From assembly GCA_965261395.1 (NCBI GenBank), contig OZ253462.1:2656001-2720000 (forward strand): a stretch of 64,000 nucleotides of DNA, given 5' to 3'. The notes beneath the pieces were generated by a model. That model searched no databases. It was not told the origin of the DNA and was given only the letters and a program-made list of their open reading frames with translations. Each line of letters begins with the position of its first letter. The stretch's first letter is position 1. This document shows, in pieces, positions 1-10,429 of the stretch. Both the position numbers and the translations under genes were made by a program. The DNA is from Candidatus Latescibacterota bacterium. Its GTDB lineage: Bacteria; Latescibacterota; UBA2968; UBA8231.

Positions 1-3
1 CTT

Positions 4-834
4 TTGGAGCAGATTTACTTCCAAAGGCACCTCGATCTGAAAGGCATTACTTTGCAGGAGGATGAGATTCAGTTGAGTCTCTCAGGCCCAAAAGTGGGAA
101 ATGGTTTTGTCAACGTGGAAGAAATATATGAGCGCATCAGTAGCTCGTCGAAACTGATTCACCGTACCGTTGAGCGAAAGCGAAACCAGCCTTTCCGGGA
201 AAGAGGGCCTGTACAAAAAGTAATACGGGAAAATTACCAGACGCTGGTTTCTGTGCCTAGAAGCGGGAGTTTCGCAGTGACGCTTAAATTCAGTAGGCCA
301 CAACTGTCTTTTTCGGGAATGCTTGAGACGACTGCTATCATCGATGAGTTCATGGACTTACTTGCATTGATCAACAGCTCCCACATCATCGAAATACGGA
401 AGCGTATCCCTGAACCTGCTTATTTGCAGAACTTCTTTGGTCTGGTAAGAAGAATTGCGCCCGATGGCGAACGAATCAGTCAGGTGGGTTTTACCGCAAT
501 TCGTGAAGGAGTACAACGTTCTGTAGGGCTTACCATGCCGGCGGCGGAGCTTCCATCACTGCCACCAGAAATGTTGTCGCCGCAGGTCGAGTCACAGCAG
601 ACACCAAGCGAACCTATAGAAATACGCGGAATATTACTCCACGCGGATGCGATGCGCGAAGACAGCAATATCATACAAGTTATTGATGGAAATAAAAAAC
701 ACACCGTACAGGTGCCACAGGGCATGATGAATGACATCGTGCGTCCTATGTGGGATTCGCACGTAATAATACAGGGTATACTCACCGGCGAACGTATTAT
801 ACTGGAAGATATCAGGCCAGACGACTCGGCTTGA
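4..834 (+). CDS. Hypothetical protein, probably truncated at the window edge
   Basis: Long open frame from the window start to TGA 834. Visibly more AT-rich than neighbouring genes. No family motif recognised. Confidence 0.6.
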   Translation: MEQIYFQRHLDLKGITLQEDEIQLSLSGPKVGNGFVNVEEIYERISSSSKLIHRTVERKRNQPFRERGPVQKVIRENYQTLVSVPRSGSFAVTLKFSRPQLSFSGMLETTAIIDEFMDLLALINSSHIIEIRKRIPEPAYLQNFFGLVRRIAPDGERISQVGFTAIREGVQRSVGLTMPAAELPSLPPEMLSPQVESQQTPSEPIEIRGILLHADAMREDSNIIQVIDGNKKHTVQVPQGMMNDIVRPMWDSHVIIQGILTGERIILEDIRPDDSA

Positions 835-927
835 AACCGCTAGATTACCTCACATCCTCTACTACCCTCTCCTCCCAATCCCGCCGCAGAAATTGACGCG
901 ATCAGGTCCCTTGCCTTTTGTTGCAAG

Positions 928-1452
928 ATGCCCATTGATCTCCAACCCTCCACGCCCGTCGCATTAGTCTGCGCAGTATTGGCCGACTCCACAGAGACGC
1001 TCGCCGCGGCCCAAGAACGCCTCGCCGAATGCTTCGGTCCTCTGCGCACGGCCAGTGCGATCTATGATTTTGATTTCACCTCGTATTACGCAGCGGAAAT
1101 GGGCGCGGGATTGTGCAAACAGCTCGTGTGCTTTGCCGAGCGGATCGACCCCGCCGAGTTGGCGGCCGTTAAGGCACAGACCATGGCGCTGGAGCGGGCG
1201 ATGAGCCGAGGGCGGTGTCGCCGCGCCAACATCGACCCAGGGTTGCTCTCGATCGAGAGTTTGGTGTTGGCCACGACTAAATTCGCTGGCCACCGGGTGT
1301 GTATTGCCCCACAGCTCTACGCTGAGGTGACCCTGCTCTATCAGCGAGGACGCTACCGGCCTCTGGAGTGGACGTATCCCGATTACCAAGGCGATACAGT
1401 GCAGCGGTTCTTGCTCGATGTGCGGCCTTGGTTGCTGGCAGTGCGCGGCTGA
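928..1452 (+). CDS. DUF4416 family protein
   Basis: FDFTSYYAAEMG, RRANIDPG, LVLATTK and WTYPDY motifs typical of DUF4416. Confidence 0.8.
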   Translation: MPIDLQPSTPVALVCAVLADSTETLAAAQERLAECFGPLRTASAIYDFDFTSYYAAEMGAGLCKQLVCFAERIDPAELAAVKAQTMALERAMSRGRCRRANIDPGLLSIESLVLATTKFAGHRVCIAPQLYAEVTLLYQRGRYRPLEWTYPDYQGDTVQRFLLDVRPWLLAVRG

Positions 1453-1454
1453 GG

Positions 1455-2585
1455 TCAGCCCCGCTCGCCGAGCGGGACAAATGCGCGGTGCTCCGGCCCG
1501 GTGTAGATGTGGTTGGGGCGGATGAGCCGGTTGGCGTCGTGCTGCTCGATCACGTGCGCCGCCCAGCCGACCACGCGGCTGGCCACGAAGATGGGGGTGT
1601 AGAGCGGGATCGGGATGCCCATGATGTAGTAGGTGTACGCGCAGGGGAAATCGACGTTGGGGAAGATGCCTTTTTCGCGCATCATCGTCGCTTCGACCAC
1701 ATCGGCTAGGTCCGGCCACTTGGTGTCGCCGACGGCTGCGGCGACCTGACGGCCAACCTTCTTCATCGTCGGCACTCGCGAGTCGCCGCTTTTGTATTCC
1801 CTATGTCCAAAGCCCATGATCTTCTTCTTTTGCGCCAGCGAGTCGAGGACCCACTGCTCGGCCGCCGCGGGCGAATCTACCTCCAAGAGCATGTGCATGG
1901 CCGCCTCGTTGGCACCGCCGTGCAAGGGTCCGTGCAGGGCACCGATGGCCGCAGTCATGGCGGCGTACAGGTCGGCGAGCGTCGAGGCTACGACCCGTGC
2001 GGTAAACGTGGAGGCGTTGTACCCGTGCTCGGCGTAGAGGATCAGCGAAGTGTTCATGGCCTCTACTTCGTACGCGGGCGGCTTCTCTCCGCGCAGCATG
2101 AAGAGGAGATTGGCCGCGTGGTCCAAGTCTGCGTTGGGTTCTATGGGCGCGAGGTTTTGCGAGAAGCGATAGCCATAGGCGAGCGCGGTGGGAATTTTGG
2201 CCAGCAAGCGCACGGCCTTGCGCACATTGGCCTCGTGGCTGTTGTCGGGGGTCTCGGCGTCGAAAAACGCCAGTGCCGACACGGCCGTGCGCAGCAGATC
2301 CATGGGGTGGGCGTCCGCCGGCGCGGAGCGCAACAGCTCGACGACTGGGCCGGGTAGGTCGCGCTGCGAGCGCAGTTGCTGATTGAATTCCGCCAACTCG
2401 GCGACCGTCGGCAACTCGCCGTAAAGCAGCAGATAGGCGACCTCTTCGTAGGAGGCGTTTTCGGTCAGTTCGACTAGGTCGTAGCCGTACAGGATCAGGC
2501 GGTTGATATCGATATCGATGCGCGAAAGGGCGGACTCGCCGGCGATGACTCCTTCGAGGCCGGGGCTGTAGGATTTGTCGGTCAT
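1455..2585 (-). CDS. prpC: 2-methylcitrate synthase (citrate synthase family)
   Basis: GLEGV N-terminus; LYAEHGYNASTF, GPLHGGANE, MGFGHREY, DSRVPTMK and PNVDF motifs; adjacent to prpB. Confidence 0.85.
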   Translation of the reverse strand: MTDKSYSPGLEGVIAGESALSRIDIDINRLILYGYDLVELTENASYEEVAYLLLYGELPTVAELAEFNQQLRSQRDLPGPVVELLRSAPADAHPMDLLRTAVSALAFFDAETPDNSHEANVRKAVRLLAKIPTALAYGYRFSQNLAPIEPNADLDHAANLLFMLRGEKPPAYEVEAMNTSLILYAEHGYNASTFTARVVASTLADLYAAMTAAIGALHGPLHGGANEAAMHMLLEVDSPAAAEQWVLDSLAQKKKIMGFGHREYKSGDSRVPTMKKVGRQVAAAVGDTKWPDLADVVEATMMREKGIFPNVDFPCAYTYYIMGIPIPLYTPIFVASRVVGWAAHVIEQHDANRLIRPNHIYTGPEHRAFVPLGERG

Positions 2586-2651
2586 TCTGTATATCTCTCT
2601 ATGGGAAGTGTTGGTCGTGGATAGATTTGAGGCTGCATGTTAGCTGATAAT

Positions 2652-3563
2652 TCAGCGGTTTTTTCCGTTTGCTGGAAAGCGGGCGGCCAACGCTGCGTCT
2701 AGTTTGGTGTACTCGTCGTAGCCGAGTAGTTCGTAGAGTTCCGCTCGCGTCTGCATCTGTCCGAGGGCGTCCTTGAGGGTGCCCTTTTCCTTCAGTTCGA
2801 GGAACAGCCCTTCGACGGCCTTCATCATGGTGCGGAACGCGCTCAGCGGGAAAATCACGAGGCGGTATCCCATGGCGGCGAACTCCGCGACCGATAGGTA
2901 CGGCGATTTGCCGAATTCGGTCATGTTGGCGAGGAGTGGGCCTTTGACTTGCTCGGCGTAGCGGGCGAATTCCTCGGCACTCTGCATGGCTTCGGGAAAG
3001 ACTGCGTCCGCGCCGGCTGCCAAGTAGCGCTGGCCGCGCTCGACGCTCTGCGCAAAGCCCTCGACGGCGCGGGCGTCGCAGCGGGCGATGATCACAAAGT
3101 CTGGGTCTTGCCGCGCCGCGCAGGCCGCGGCGATTTTGCGCTCCATTTCCTCCACCCCGATCAGGGCCTTGCCGTCGAGGTGACCGCAGCGCTTGGGCAT
3201 GACTTGGTCCTCTAAGTGCAATCCGGCCAAGCCCTCGCGCTCGTACGCGCGCACCGTGCGCATCACCTGCCAGATCTCGCCAAACCCGGTGTCCGCATCG
3301 CAGATGCAGGGCACTTGCACCGCATTGGCAATGTAGCCCGCTTGGCGCGCCATTTCGTCCATGCCCAACAGGCCGACGTCCGGGTAGCCGGCCGTGCCGT
3401 TGGCTAGGCCAGCCCCAGAGATGTACACAGCCTCGAACCCGGTGCGCTCGGCCAGCATGGCCACGGGTGCGTTGAAGGCCCCGGGCAAGGTCAGGGTCTT
3501 CTCGGCCATCAGGCGACGCAAGGTGCGCGGCTTGGATTCGGCGGGTGCAGGCTTGAGTAGCAT
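2652..3563 (-). CDS. prpB: Methylisocitrate lyase
   Basis: DADTGFG, EDQVMPKRCGHL and LANMTEFGKSP motifs. Confidence 0.92.
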   Translation of the reverse strand: MLLKPAPAESKPRTLRRLMAEKTLTLPGAFNAPVAMLAERTGFEAVYISGAGLANGTAGYPDVGLLGMDEMARQAGYIANAVQVPCICDADTGFGEIWQVMRTVRAYEREGLAGLHLEDQVMPKRCGHLDGKALIGVEEMERKIAAACAARQDPDFVIIARCDARAVEGFAQSVERGQRYLAAGADAVFPEAMQSAEEFARYAEQVKGPLLANMTEFGKSPYLSVAEFAAMGYRLVIFPLSAFRTMMKAVEGLFLELKEKGTLKDALGQMQTRAELYELLGYDEYTKLDAALAARFPANGKNR

Positions 3564-3566
3564 AGC

Positions 3567-4847
3567 TCAGGCGAGGGGGATAGTGGCTTCGCGCTCCGGC
3601 CCTACGGAAATCAGCGAGACCGGCGCTCGGCTTAGTTCAGAGACCCGCTCCACGTAAGCCTGCGCCTTTGGCGGTAGGTCGTCGAAGCGGCGCGCGTGGG
3701 TAGTTGGCGCACACCAGCCCTCGACCTCCTCGTAGATTGGCTCGCATAGCTCTAGGACTTGCGGGTCGGCGGGAAACTCCTCCAGCACTTGGTCGCCGCA
3801 GCGGTAGCCAATACCCAGCTTGAGGTGGTCGCATTGGTCGAGTACGTCGAGCCGAGTCAGGGCGATGCTGGTCAGGCCGTTGATGCGCGCCGAGACCCGC
3901 AAGATGGCAGCGTCGAACCAGCCGCAGCGCCGTGGCCGGCCGGTGGTGGCTCCGAACTCGCGGCCCCAGCCGCGCAGGCGCTCGCCCTCTTCCCCCAATA
4001 ACTCGGTGGGGAAAGGCCCGTTGCCCACCCGCGTGGTGTACGCTTTGGTCACGCCGACGACCTCGGCGATCCGCGTCGGGCCGATGCCGGTACCCGTGCA
4101 GGCCCCGCCCGCGGTGGTGTTCGATGAGGTGACGTAGGGATAGGTGCCGTGGTCGATGTCGAGCAAGGTCCCCTGCGCCCCTTCGCAGAGGACCGTTTTG
4201 CCTTGATCGAGGGCTTGGTTGAGCAAGACCGAGGTGTCGGCGATGTATGGGGCAAGTTGCTCCCCGTAGCGGATGTACGCGTCGATGATGGGGCTGGCCT
4301 CCAGCGGCTCTTGGCCGAAGACCTTGGTCAAGATTTCGTTTTTGGCGCAGATGCTGGCCCGGAGCTTGTCGCGCAAACGCGCCGGGTCGCACAAATCCAT
4401 GACGCGCACCCCGTGGCTGCGCTCGACTTTGTCGCGGTAAGCCGGGCCGATGCCGCGGCCAGTCGTGCCGATGGCGACGCCGTTTTCGCTTTCCTCCCCG
4501 GCCTTTTCCAAGACCTTGTGATAGGGCATTACGACGTGGGCAACTTGGCTGACGAAGAAGCGGTCAGCTACTGAAAAGCCCTTGGTCTCCAACTCGGCGA
4601 TCTCGTCGAGCATGATGGCTGGATCAACGACCACCCCGTTGCCCACCACGCAGATTTTATCCTCGTGCATGATGCCCGAGGGAATGGTGTGGAAGATGAA
4701 CTCAGTGGCGTCGGTGACGACGGTGTGGCCGGCGTTGGCCCCTCCTTGATAGCGCACCACCACATCGGCGGCGGACGTGAGGTAATCGACGACCTTGGCC
4801 TTGCCTTCGTCGCCCCACTGCGCTCCTAATACTATTTTCGCGGGCAT
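3567..4847 (-). CDS. purA: Adenylosuccinate synthetase
   Basis: QWGDEGKAK, GGANAGHT, EGAQG and GATTGRPRRCGW motifs. Confidence 0.97.
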   Translation of the reverse strand: MPAKIVLGAQWGDEGKAKVVDYLTSAADVVVRYQGGANAGHTVVTDATEFIFHTIPSGIMHEDKICVVGNGVVVDPAIMLDEIAELETKGFSVADRFFVSQVAHVVMPYHKVLEKAGEESENGVAIGTTGRGIGPAYRDKVERSHGVRVMDLCDPARLRDKLRASICAKNEILTKVFGQEPLEASPIIDAYIRYGEQLAPYIADTSVLLNQALDQGKTVLCEGAQGTLLDIDHGTYPYVTSSNTTAGGACTGTGIGPTRIAEVVGVTKAYTTRVGNGPFPTELLGEEGERLRGWGREFGATTGRPRRCGWFDAAILRVSARINGLTSIALTRLDVLDQCDHLKLGIGYRCGDQVLEEFPADPQVLELCEPIYEEVEGWCAPTTHARRFDDLPPKAQAYVERVSELSRAPVSLISVGPEREATIPLA

Positions 4848-4862
4848 TGCGTACTCCCCTGC

Positions 4863-6443
4863 TTAAAGACTGACTTGTTTGGCCCAGGAGATGTACTCCC
4901 GAGAGAGAATATCGTCAACTACGTCGGTGGTGATCGGGTCATCGACGTTGAGGATGGTCAGGGCTTGGCCGCCCATTTGGCGACGTCCGCACGACATTTG
5001 GGCGATGTTGACCTCGTGGCTGCCCATAACCGTGCCGATTTGGCCGATGATGCCTGGGACATCGTCGTTGATGTAAAAGAGCATGTGCCCCTCGGGCACG
5101 GCATCGAAGCTGTACTCGTCGAGGCGCACGAGGCGTGGGTCGCTCTTGCCAAAGAGCGTGCCCGCGAGCAGGCGTTGCCCCTTGTTGGTGTGATACACCA
5201 CGGTGATGAGACTGGCGTAGTCCTCGTGCTCGCTGCTGAGCCGCTCATCGACTTGCACGCCGCGCTCCTGCGCGAAAAGCAGCGCATTGACCACATTGAC
5301 TGACGCATCCGAGACAGTCTCCATGATGCCCTTGAGTACGGCCGAGGTCAGCGGCGAGGTCGGGTAGGCGGTGACGTCGCCTTGGTATTCGATGGTGATG
5401 CGCTCTAGCTGTCCCGCGCCGAGTTGGGCTTGTAGGCGACCTAGTCGCTCGGCCAGCACGAGGTAGGGCTGTAGCTTGCCGTGGATCTCGGGATCAACCG
5501 AGGGGGCGTTGACCGCGTTGCGAATGACGCGGCCCATCAGCACGTCGCCGACCTGCTCGGCCACCTGCAAGGCGACATTGGCTTGGGCTTCCTTGGTGGA
5601 GGCGGCCAAGTGCGGCGTGCAGATCACGCGGTCGTCAACCAAGAGGCCCACGAGGGTCGGCGGCTCCTCCTCGAAGACGTCTAAGGCGGCACCGGCGACC
5701 TTGCCCGAAGTCAGGCCGCGCAGGAGGGCGTCCTCGTCAATGATGCCGCCGCGGGCGCAGTTGATTAGATAGACCCCGTCTTTGCACTGAGCGATCTCGG
5801 CGGCGGCAATCAGGTGCCGAGTCTGGTCGCTGAGATGGGTGTGGACGGTGATAAAATCCGCGGTAGCGTAGATCTCGTCGAGGGATGCGAGATGTGCGCC
5901 GTAAGAGAGGGCCATGTCTTGGCCGATATAGGGATCGTAACCGAGGACCTTCATGTGAAAGGCCGTTGCGCGCGCGGCCACCTCCCTCCCCACTCGGCCC
6001 AAGCCGACCACGGCAAGGGTCTTGCCAGCCAGCTCGACGCCGACGAATTGGCTCCGTTCCCACAGCCCCTTTTTAAGCGAGGCCGTCGCCTGCGGGATGT
6101 GCCGCGCAAGGGAGGCTATGAGTGCGAAGGTGTGCTCGGCGGTCGATAGGGAATTGCCGCCCGGGGTATTCATGACGATGACGCCGTGGCGGGTTGCCGC
6201 CTCTACGTCGATGTTGTCGAAGCCCGTGCCGGCGCGGCCAATGACCCGGAGGCGCGGCGCGGCGGCGAGCACCTCGGCCGTCACCTTGGTCGCGCTGCGC
6301 ACGACGAGTCCTTCGTAGTCACCGATGCAGTCTAGGAGCGCACTCGACGACAACCCGCTGCGCACGTCCACTGCGATCCCGTCATTGGCTTCGAGAATCT
6401 CGACGCAGCGGGGGTCCATCTTGTCGCTGATCAGTACTTTCAT
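4863..6443 (-). CDS. serA: D-3-phosphoglycerate dehydrogenase with ASB and ACT domains
   Basis: VRSATKV, GRAGTGFDNID, GLGRVG, NCARGG and TPHLAAST motifs; C-terminal ACT (NDDVPGIIG). Start set at MKVLISD (6443). Confidence 0.95.
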   Translation of the reverse strand: MKVLISDKMDPRCVEILEANDGIAVDVRSGLSSSALLDCIGDYEGLVVRSATKVTAEVLAAAPRLRVIGRAGTGFDNIDVEAATRHGVIVMNTPGGNSLSTAEHTFALIASLARHIPQATASLKKGLWERSQFVGVELAGKTLAVVGLGRVGREVAARATAFHMKVLGYDPYIGQDMALSYGAHLASLDEIYATADFITVHTHLSDQTRHLIAAAEIAQCKDGVYLINCARGGIIDEDALLRGLTSGKVAGAALDVFEEEPPTLVGLLVDDRVICTPHLAASTKEAQANVALQVAEQVGDVLMGRVIRNAVNAPSVDPEIHGKLQPYLVLAERLGRLQAQLGAGQLERITIEYQGDVTAYPTSPLTSAVLKGIMETVSDASVNVVNALLFAQERGVQVDERLSSEHEDYASLITVVYHTNKGQRLLAGTLFGKSDPRLVRLDEYSFDAVPEGHMLFYINDDVPGIIGQIGTVMGSHEVNIAQMSCGRRQMGGQALTILNVDDPITTDVVDDILSREYISWAKQVSL

Positions 6444-6451
6444 GGTCCTTT

Positions 6452-7048
6452 TTAGGTTGCGTTGCCGGCTAAAGCCTCGGCGATCCACCCTGTAATGTCG
6501 TCCTGCCCACGACCGTCAAGCGCCGAGAAGGGCACAAAGGAAAGGCCGGCGAGCGATCCTTGGTCATCGAGTTGGTCGAATAAGTGTTGCAACTTATTGC
6601 GCGACAGTTTGTCGGCCTTGGTAAAGACCAGCAAGAAGGGCTTATCGAGCGAGCGCAACTCGTTGATCATCTGCCAGTCTAAGTCGGTGGGGCCGCGCCG
6701 GGCATCGACGAGCTGCAACACCGCGCACAATACCTCGCGGTTGGTCATGTAGCTGCGGATGAGTCGGCCGAGCTGTAAGCGCAAGCCCACGCCGCCGCGC
6801 ACGTACCCGTAGCCAGGCAGATCGACCAAGTAAAACTGCTCGTTGGCCAGATAGTAGTTTAACTGCTGGGTCTTGCCAGGTACGGTGCTGGTGCGCGCCA
6901 GCCTCTTGCGCTGTACCAACCTGTTGATCAGGGAGGACTTGCCGACGTTGGAGCGGCCTACTAAGGCGATTTCGGGCAACCCGTCCTTGGGCAGATCAGC
7001 CGTGCGGACAGCACTAATTTTGAATTCGACAGAGGAAAAGCGCATCAC
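6452..7048 (-). CDS. engB: Ribosome biogenesis GTP-binding protein YihA/YsxC
   Basis: GRSNVGKSS, DLPGYGY and TKADK motifs; canonical position downstream of clpX. Confidence 0.95.
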   Translation of the reverse strand: MMRFSSVEFKISAVRTADLPKDGLPEIALVGRSNVGKSSLINRLVQRKRLARTSTVPGKTQQLNYYLANEQFYLVDLPGYGYVRGGVGLRLQLGRLIRSYMTNREVLCAVLQLVDARRGPTDLDWQMINELRSLDKPFLLVFTKADKLSRNKLQHLFDQLDDQGSLAGLSFVPFSALDGRGQDDITGWIAEALAGNAT

Positions 7049-7061
7049 CGGGGCTTGGAGA

Positions 7062-8309
7062 TTAGGCGCGTTTGCGCCGGATCTCTTCGTCTTCGCTGTT
7101 GGACCGTGCGATCCCGCTCTCGATCATTTCGCCCGTAACTTGCAGACGCGAGACTTCCTCCTGAGAGGGAATATCGAACATGATGTCCATCATAGCCTGC
7201 TCTAGGACAGAGCGCAGGCCGCGGGCCCCAGTGCCCTTGTGAACGGTCAGGGCCACTACCTTGCGCAGGGCTTCCTCGGTGAACTCGACCTCGACTCCGT
7301 CCATGGCGAAGAGCCGCTGCGACTGCTTGATGATGGCGTCGTGCGGCTCGGTGAGGATGCGGAACAAGTCGTCCTCGGTGAGCGAGTCCATAGTGGTGAT
7401 TACTGGTACGCGGCCGACAAATTCGGGGATCATGCCGTAGGCGAGCAGATCTTCGGGCTGGACCAGCGGCAATACGTCCGGAGTGTCGAGGCTGCTCTCG
7501 TCGCCGTCGGCCCCAAAGCCCATAGTGCGTTTGCCGACTCGTTGGCTGATGACCTTGTCCAGCCCCTCGAAGGCCCCGCCGCAGACGAAGAGGATGTTGC
7601 GGGTATCCATCTGGATCATCGACTGCTCAGGGTGCTTGCGGCCCCCCTTGGGTGGGATGTTGGCGGTGGTGCCCTCCAGAATTTTGAGCAGTGCTTGTTG
7701 CACGCCTTCGCCCGACACGTCGCGGCCGACCGAAGGCGTAGCACTCTTGCGGGCGATCTTGTCAACCTCGTCGAGATAGAGGATGCCCTTTTCGGCACGA
7801 GGCACGTCGTAATCGGCCGCTTGCAAAAGGCCCACGAGGATGTTTTCCACGTCCTCACCCACGTAGCCGGCCTCGGTGAGAATGGTGGCGTCGGCAATGG
7901 AGAAGGGGACCTGCAGGAATTTGGCGAGGGTTTTGGCCAGTTCGGTCTTGCCGGTGCCGGTGGGGCCGATGAGCATTACGTTGCTTTTTTCGAGTTCCAC
8001 CTCGTCTAGGTCAACTTTGGTGCGAATGCGCTTGTAGTGGTTGTACACGGCGACCGCGAGGATTTTCTTGGCCCGCTCTTGGGCGATCACGTATTCGTCG
8101 AGAAAATCCTTGATTTGGCCCGGCTTGGGCATCTCTGCGGTCTCCCAGGGGAGGGTCTTTTGCCGCTCTTCGGACAGTACGTCGTTGCACAGCTTGACGC
8201 ACTCGTTGCAGATGTGGACCTGGGGGCCGGTGATGATCTTGTCAACTTGGTTGTGGCTACGCCCGCAGAACGAGCAGCGCGGATCGCTTTGGGGAGGCCG
8301 ACGACGCAA
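7062..8309 (-). CDS. clpX: ATP-dependent Clp protease ATP-binding subunit
   Basis: Zn finger CSFC...[41 protein letters not shown]. Confidence 0.97.
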   Translation of the reverse strand: MRRRPPQSDPRCSFCGRSHNQVDKIITGPQVHICNECVKLCNDVLSEERQKTLPWETAEMPKPGQIKDFLDEYVIAQERAKKILAVAVYNHYKRIRTKVDLDEVELEKSNVMLIGPTGTGKTELAKTLAKFLQVPFSIADATILTEAGYVGEDVENILVGLLQAADYDVPRAEKGILYLDEVDKIARKSATPSVGRDVSGEGVQQALLKILEGTTANIPPKGGRKHPEQSMIQMDTRNILFVCGGAFEGLDKVISQRVGKRTMGFGADGDESSLDTPDVLPLVQPEDLLAYGMIPEFVGRVPVITTMDSLTEDDLFRILTEPHDAIIKQSQRLFAMDGVEVEFTEEALRKVVALTVHKGTGARGLRSVLEQAMMDIMFDIPSQEEVSRLQVTGEMIESGIARSNSEDEEIRRKRA

Positions 8310-8318
8310 AATAGGCTC

Positions 8319-8927
8319 CTATACTGAGGAGGGGGCTACCTCGACGCGAGATGGAGCGATGATCTCGTCGATGATGCCGTATTCGACGGCTTCTGCGGCC
8401 GACATGAAGAAGTCTCGCTCGGTGTCGTGCTCAATGCGCTCTAGCGGCTGCCCGGTACACTCGACTAGCACCTCGTTGATCTGCTGGCGCATGGCGATGA
8501 TCTCGCGGGCGTGGATTTCCATGTCGGCCGCTTGACCGCCGATCCCGCCCATGGGCTGGTGCAGCAAGACGCGGGCGTTGGACAGGGCCTGGCGCTTGCC
8601 CTTGGTGCCGCCGGCCAAAAGCACGGCTCCCATGCTAGATGCTTGGCCGATGCAGATCGTGGCTATGTCGGAGGCCACGTATTGCATGGTGTCGTAGATG
8701 GCCATGCCCGCCGAGATCAGCCCGCCGGGGGTGTTGAGATAGAGCGCGATGTCCTTTTTGGGATCTTCAGAAGCGAGAAAGAGCATCTGGGCGATGATGA
8801 GATTGGCGATCGCGTCGTTGATCGGAGTGCCAGCAAAGATGATGCGGTCCTTGAGCAGCCGCGAGTAGATGTCGTAGGAGCGCTCACCTCGGCCCGTCTG
8901 TTCGATGACCATTGGAATCAGCGACAT
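8319..8927 (-). CDS. clpP: ATP-dependent Clp protease proteolytic subunit
   Basis: [21 protein letters not shown] and HQP catalytic motifs. Confidence 0.97.
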   Translation of the reverse strand: MSLIPMVIEQTGRGERSYDIYSRLLKDRIIFAGTPINDAIANLIIAQMLFLASEDPKKDIALYLNTPGGLISAGMAIYDTMQYVASDIATICIGQASSMGAVLLAGGTKGKRQALSNARVLLHQPMGGIGGQAADMEIHAREIIAMRQQINEVLVECTGQPLERIEHDTERDFFMSAAEAVEYGIIDEIIAPSRVEVAPSSV

Positions 8928-8930
8928 GAT

Positions 8931-10196
8931 TTATACCTTTTCCTCTTTAATTTCGGCTTTGGCGATGAGCAAATCAAAGACCTTTTGGTCTTCCAACTCC
9001 CGCCGCTCCCGCCGCAATCCCTCCGCGTTCTGCAAGTCGGAGGGTTGGACGCCGGCGCGGGTGGCGCGCTCGGCGGTGAATTGGGCAAACTCCGCGTCCG
9101 TCACTTCGATCCCGGCTTGTTGGCGCACGCTGTCGAGCAGTAGATAGCTCTTGAGCTGGCGCGTGGCTTGGGCGCGCTCTTCGTCGCTGTGGCTGTGATC
9201 GTGATCGTGGTCGTGGTCGTGATGGGCCTGCTCCCGCTCGAGCGAGTCGAGGTAGTTATCGACCATGCTCTCGGGCAGCTCGAATTCGTTTTTTAGGATG
9301 AGCTGGCTGATCAATTCGTTGTGCAGGCGCTGCTGGGCCATGTATTCCCAGCGCTCTTGGATCTGCCCGCTGAGGTGCTGGCGCAAGTCGTCGAGGGTCT
9401 GGAACTGTTCGCCGAGGTCCTTGGCGAACTCGTCGTCGAGCTCGGGCAGGGTGCGCTCGCGCACCTCGTGGGCTGCCACTGCGAAATGCGCGGTCTGGCC
9501 GGCAAGCTGTTCGTTGGGCAGGTCCTCGCGGTAGGCGAAGCGGACCTTGCGTTCTGCGCCGGCGCCCATGCCGACAAGGGCCTCTTCAAACTCGGGGCTG
9601 AGGGCGTTCTCGTCGCCGATGAGGATGTGGCGTTTCTCGTACTTATCGCCAATGATGGGTAGGCCGCTGTCGTCGAGTCGCTGTAAATCCGCGACGAGTA
9701 CGTCGCCCTTGGCCAATGGCCGCTCGACGACTCGCTCGGTGGCGTGGCGGCGGCGCAGTTCCTCTAGGTGTTCGCCGATTTCCTCGTCGGCCACCTCGTG
9801 AACCATGCGGGTAGCGGCGAGCTTTTCGTAGTGCTCGGCGTTGATTTCGGGCCAGATGTCGAGAGCCGCCGTAAACGTCAGATTTCCCCCCGGCTCGTGG
9901 TCGAGCTGGGAAATTTGGGGCGGTGCGGCTGGCCGCAGGCCCGCCTCGCGCGTGGCTTCTTCTAGGAGCGAGGGGAGGAGATCGCCGAGGACTTCGCCGC
10001 GGATGGAACTGCCGAAGCGTGACTCGACGATCCGGAGCGGCACTTTGCCCTTGCGGAAGCCCGGAATCTCCAGCCGCTTTTGGTATCGGCGCAGTGCCTT
10101 ATTGACGGCATCGTCGATGCGCGCGGCCTCTACTTCAACGGCTAGCTCGCGTGCCCACTGGCCCTTCTCTGTGACATGAGTCTTCACGAAACGCAA
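8931..10196 (-). CDS. tig: Trigger factor
   Basis: IPGFRKGKVP ribosome-binding signature, LPELDDEFAK, tig-clpP-clpX synteny. Confidence 0.95.
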   Translation of the reverse strand: MRFVKTHVTEKGQWARELAVEVEAARIDDAVNKALRRYQKRLEIPGFRKGKVPLRIVESRFGSSIRGEVLGDLLPSLLEEATREAGLRPAAPPQISQLDHEPGGNLTFTAALDIWPEINAEHYEKLAATRMVHEVADEEIGEHLEELRRRHATERVVERPLAKGDVLVADLQRLDDSGLPIIGDKYEKRHILIGDENALSPEFEEALVGMGAGAERKVRFAYREDLPNEQLAGQTAHFAVAAHEVRERTLPELDDEFAKDLGEQFQTLDDLRQHLSGQIQERWEYMAQQRLHNELISQLILKNEFELPESMVDNYLDSLEREQAHHDHDHDHDHSHSDEERAQATRQLKSYLLLDSVRQQAGIEVTDAEFAQFTAERATRAGVQPSDLQNAEGLRRERRELEDQKVFDLLIAKAEIKEEKV

Positions 10197-10250
10197 CCCT
10201 TACAAAGCTAGGCGCACCGCCGAATCGTGGACAGTGCGCTCGTCTATTTA

Positions 10251-10337
10251 TGGTGCGAAAGGGGGGACTCGAACCCCCAAGCCCTTTCGGGCACTAGATC
10301 CTAAATCTAGCGCGTCTGCCAGTTCCGCCACTTTCGC
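10251..10337 (-). tRNA. tRNA-Leu (anticodon TAG)
   Basis: Minus strand reads GCGAAAGTGGCGGAACTGGCAGACGCGCTAGATTTAGGATCTAGTGCCCGAAAGGGCTTGGGGGTTCGAGTCCCCCCTTTCGCACCA: 7-bp acceptor stem, anticodon arm CTAGA-TTTAGGA-TCTAG, long variable arm, GTTCGA T-loop, encoded CCA. Confidence 0.97.
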
Positions 10338-10429
10338 CAACGGGATACAGTATCGCAACGCGGAAGTTTGCGCCTAGGGAGAGTTATAGCCCAAGCGCGA
10401 AGGATAATATCAGGATTTATACTACCGGG

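Noticed and set aside
10251-10337. tRNA as an island integration site
   Set aside because: Flanked by core genes (tig, glyQS); no integrase or duplicated tRNA 3' end seen
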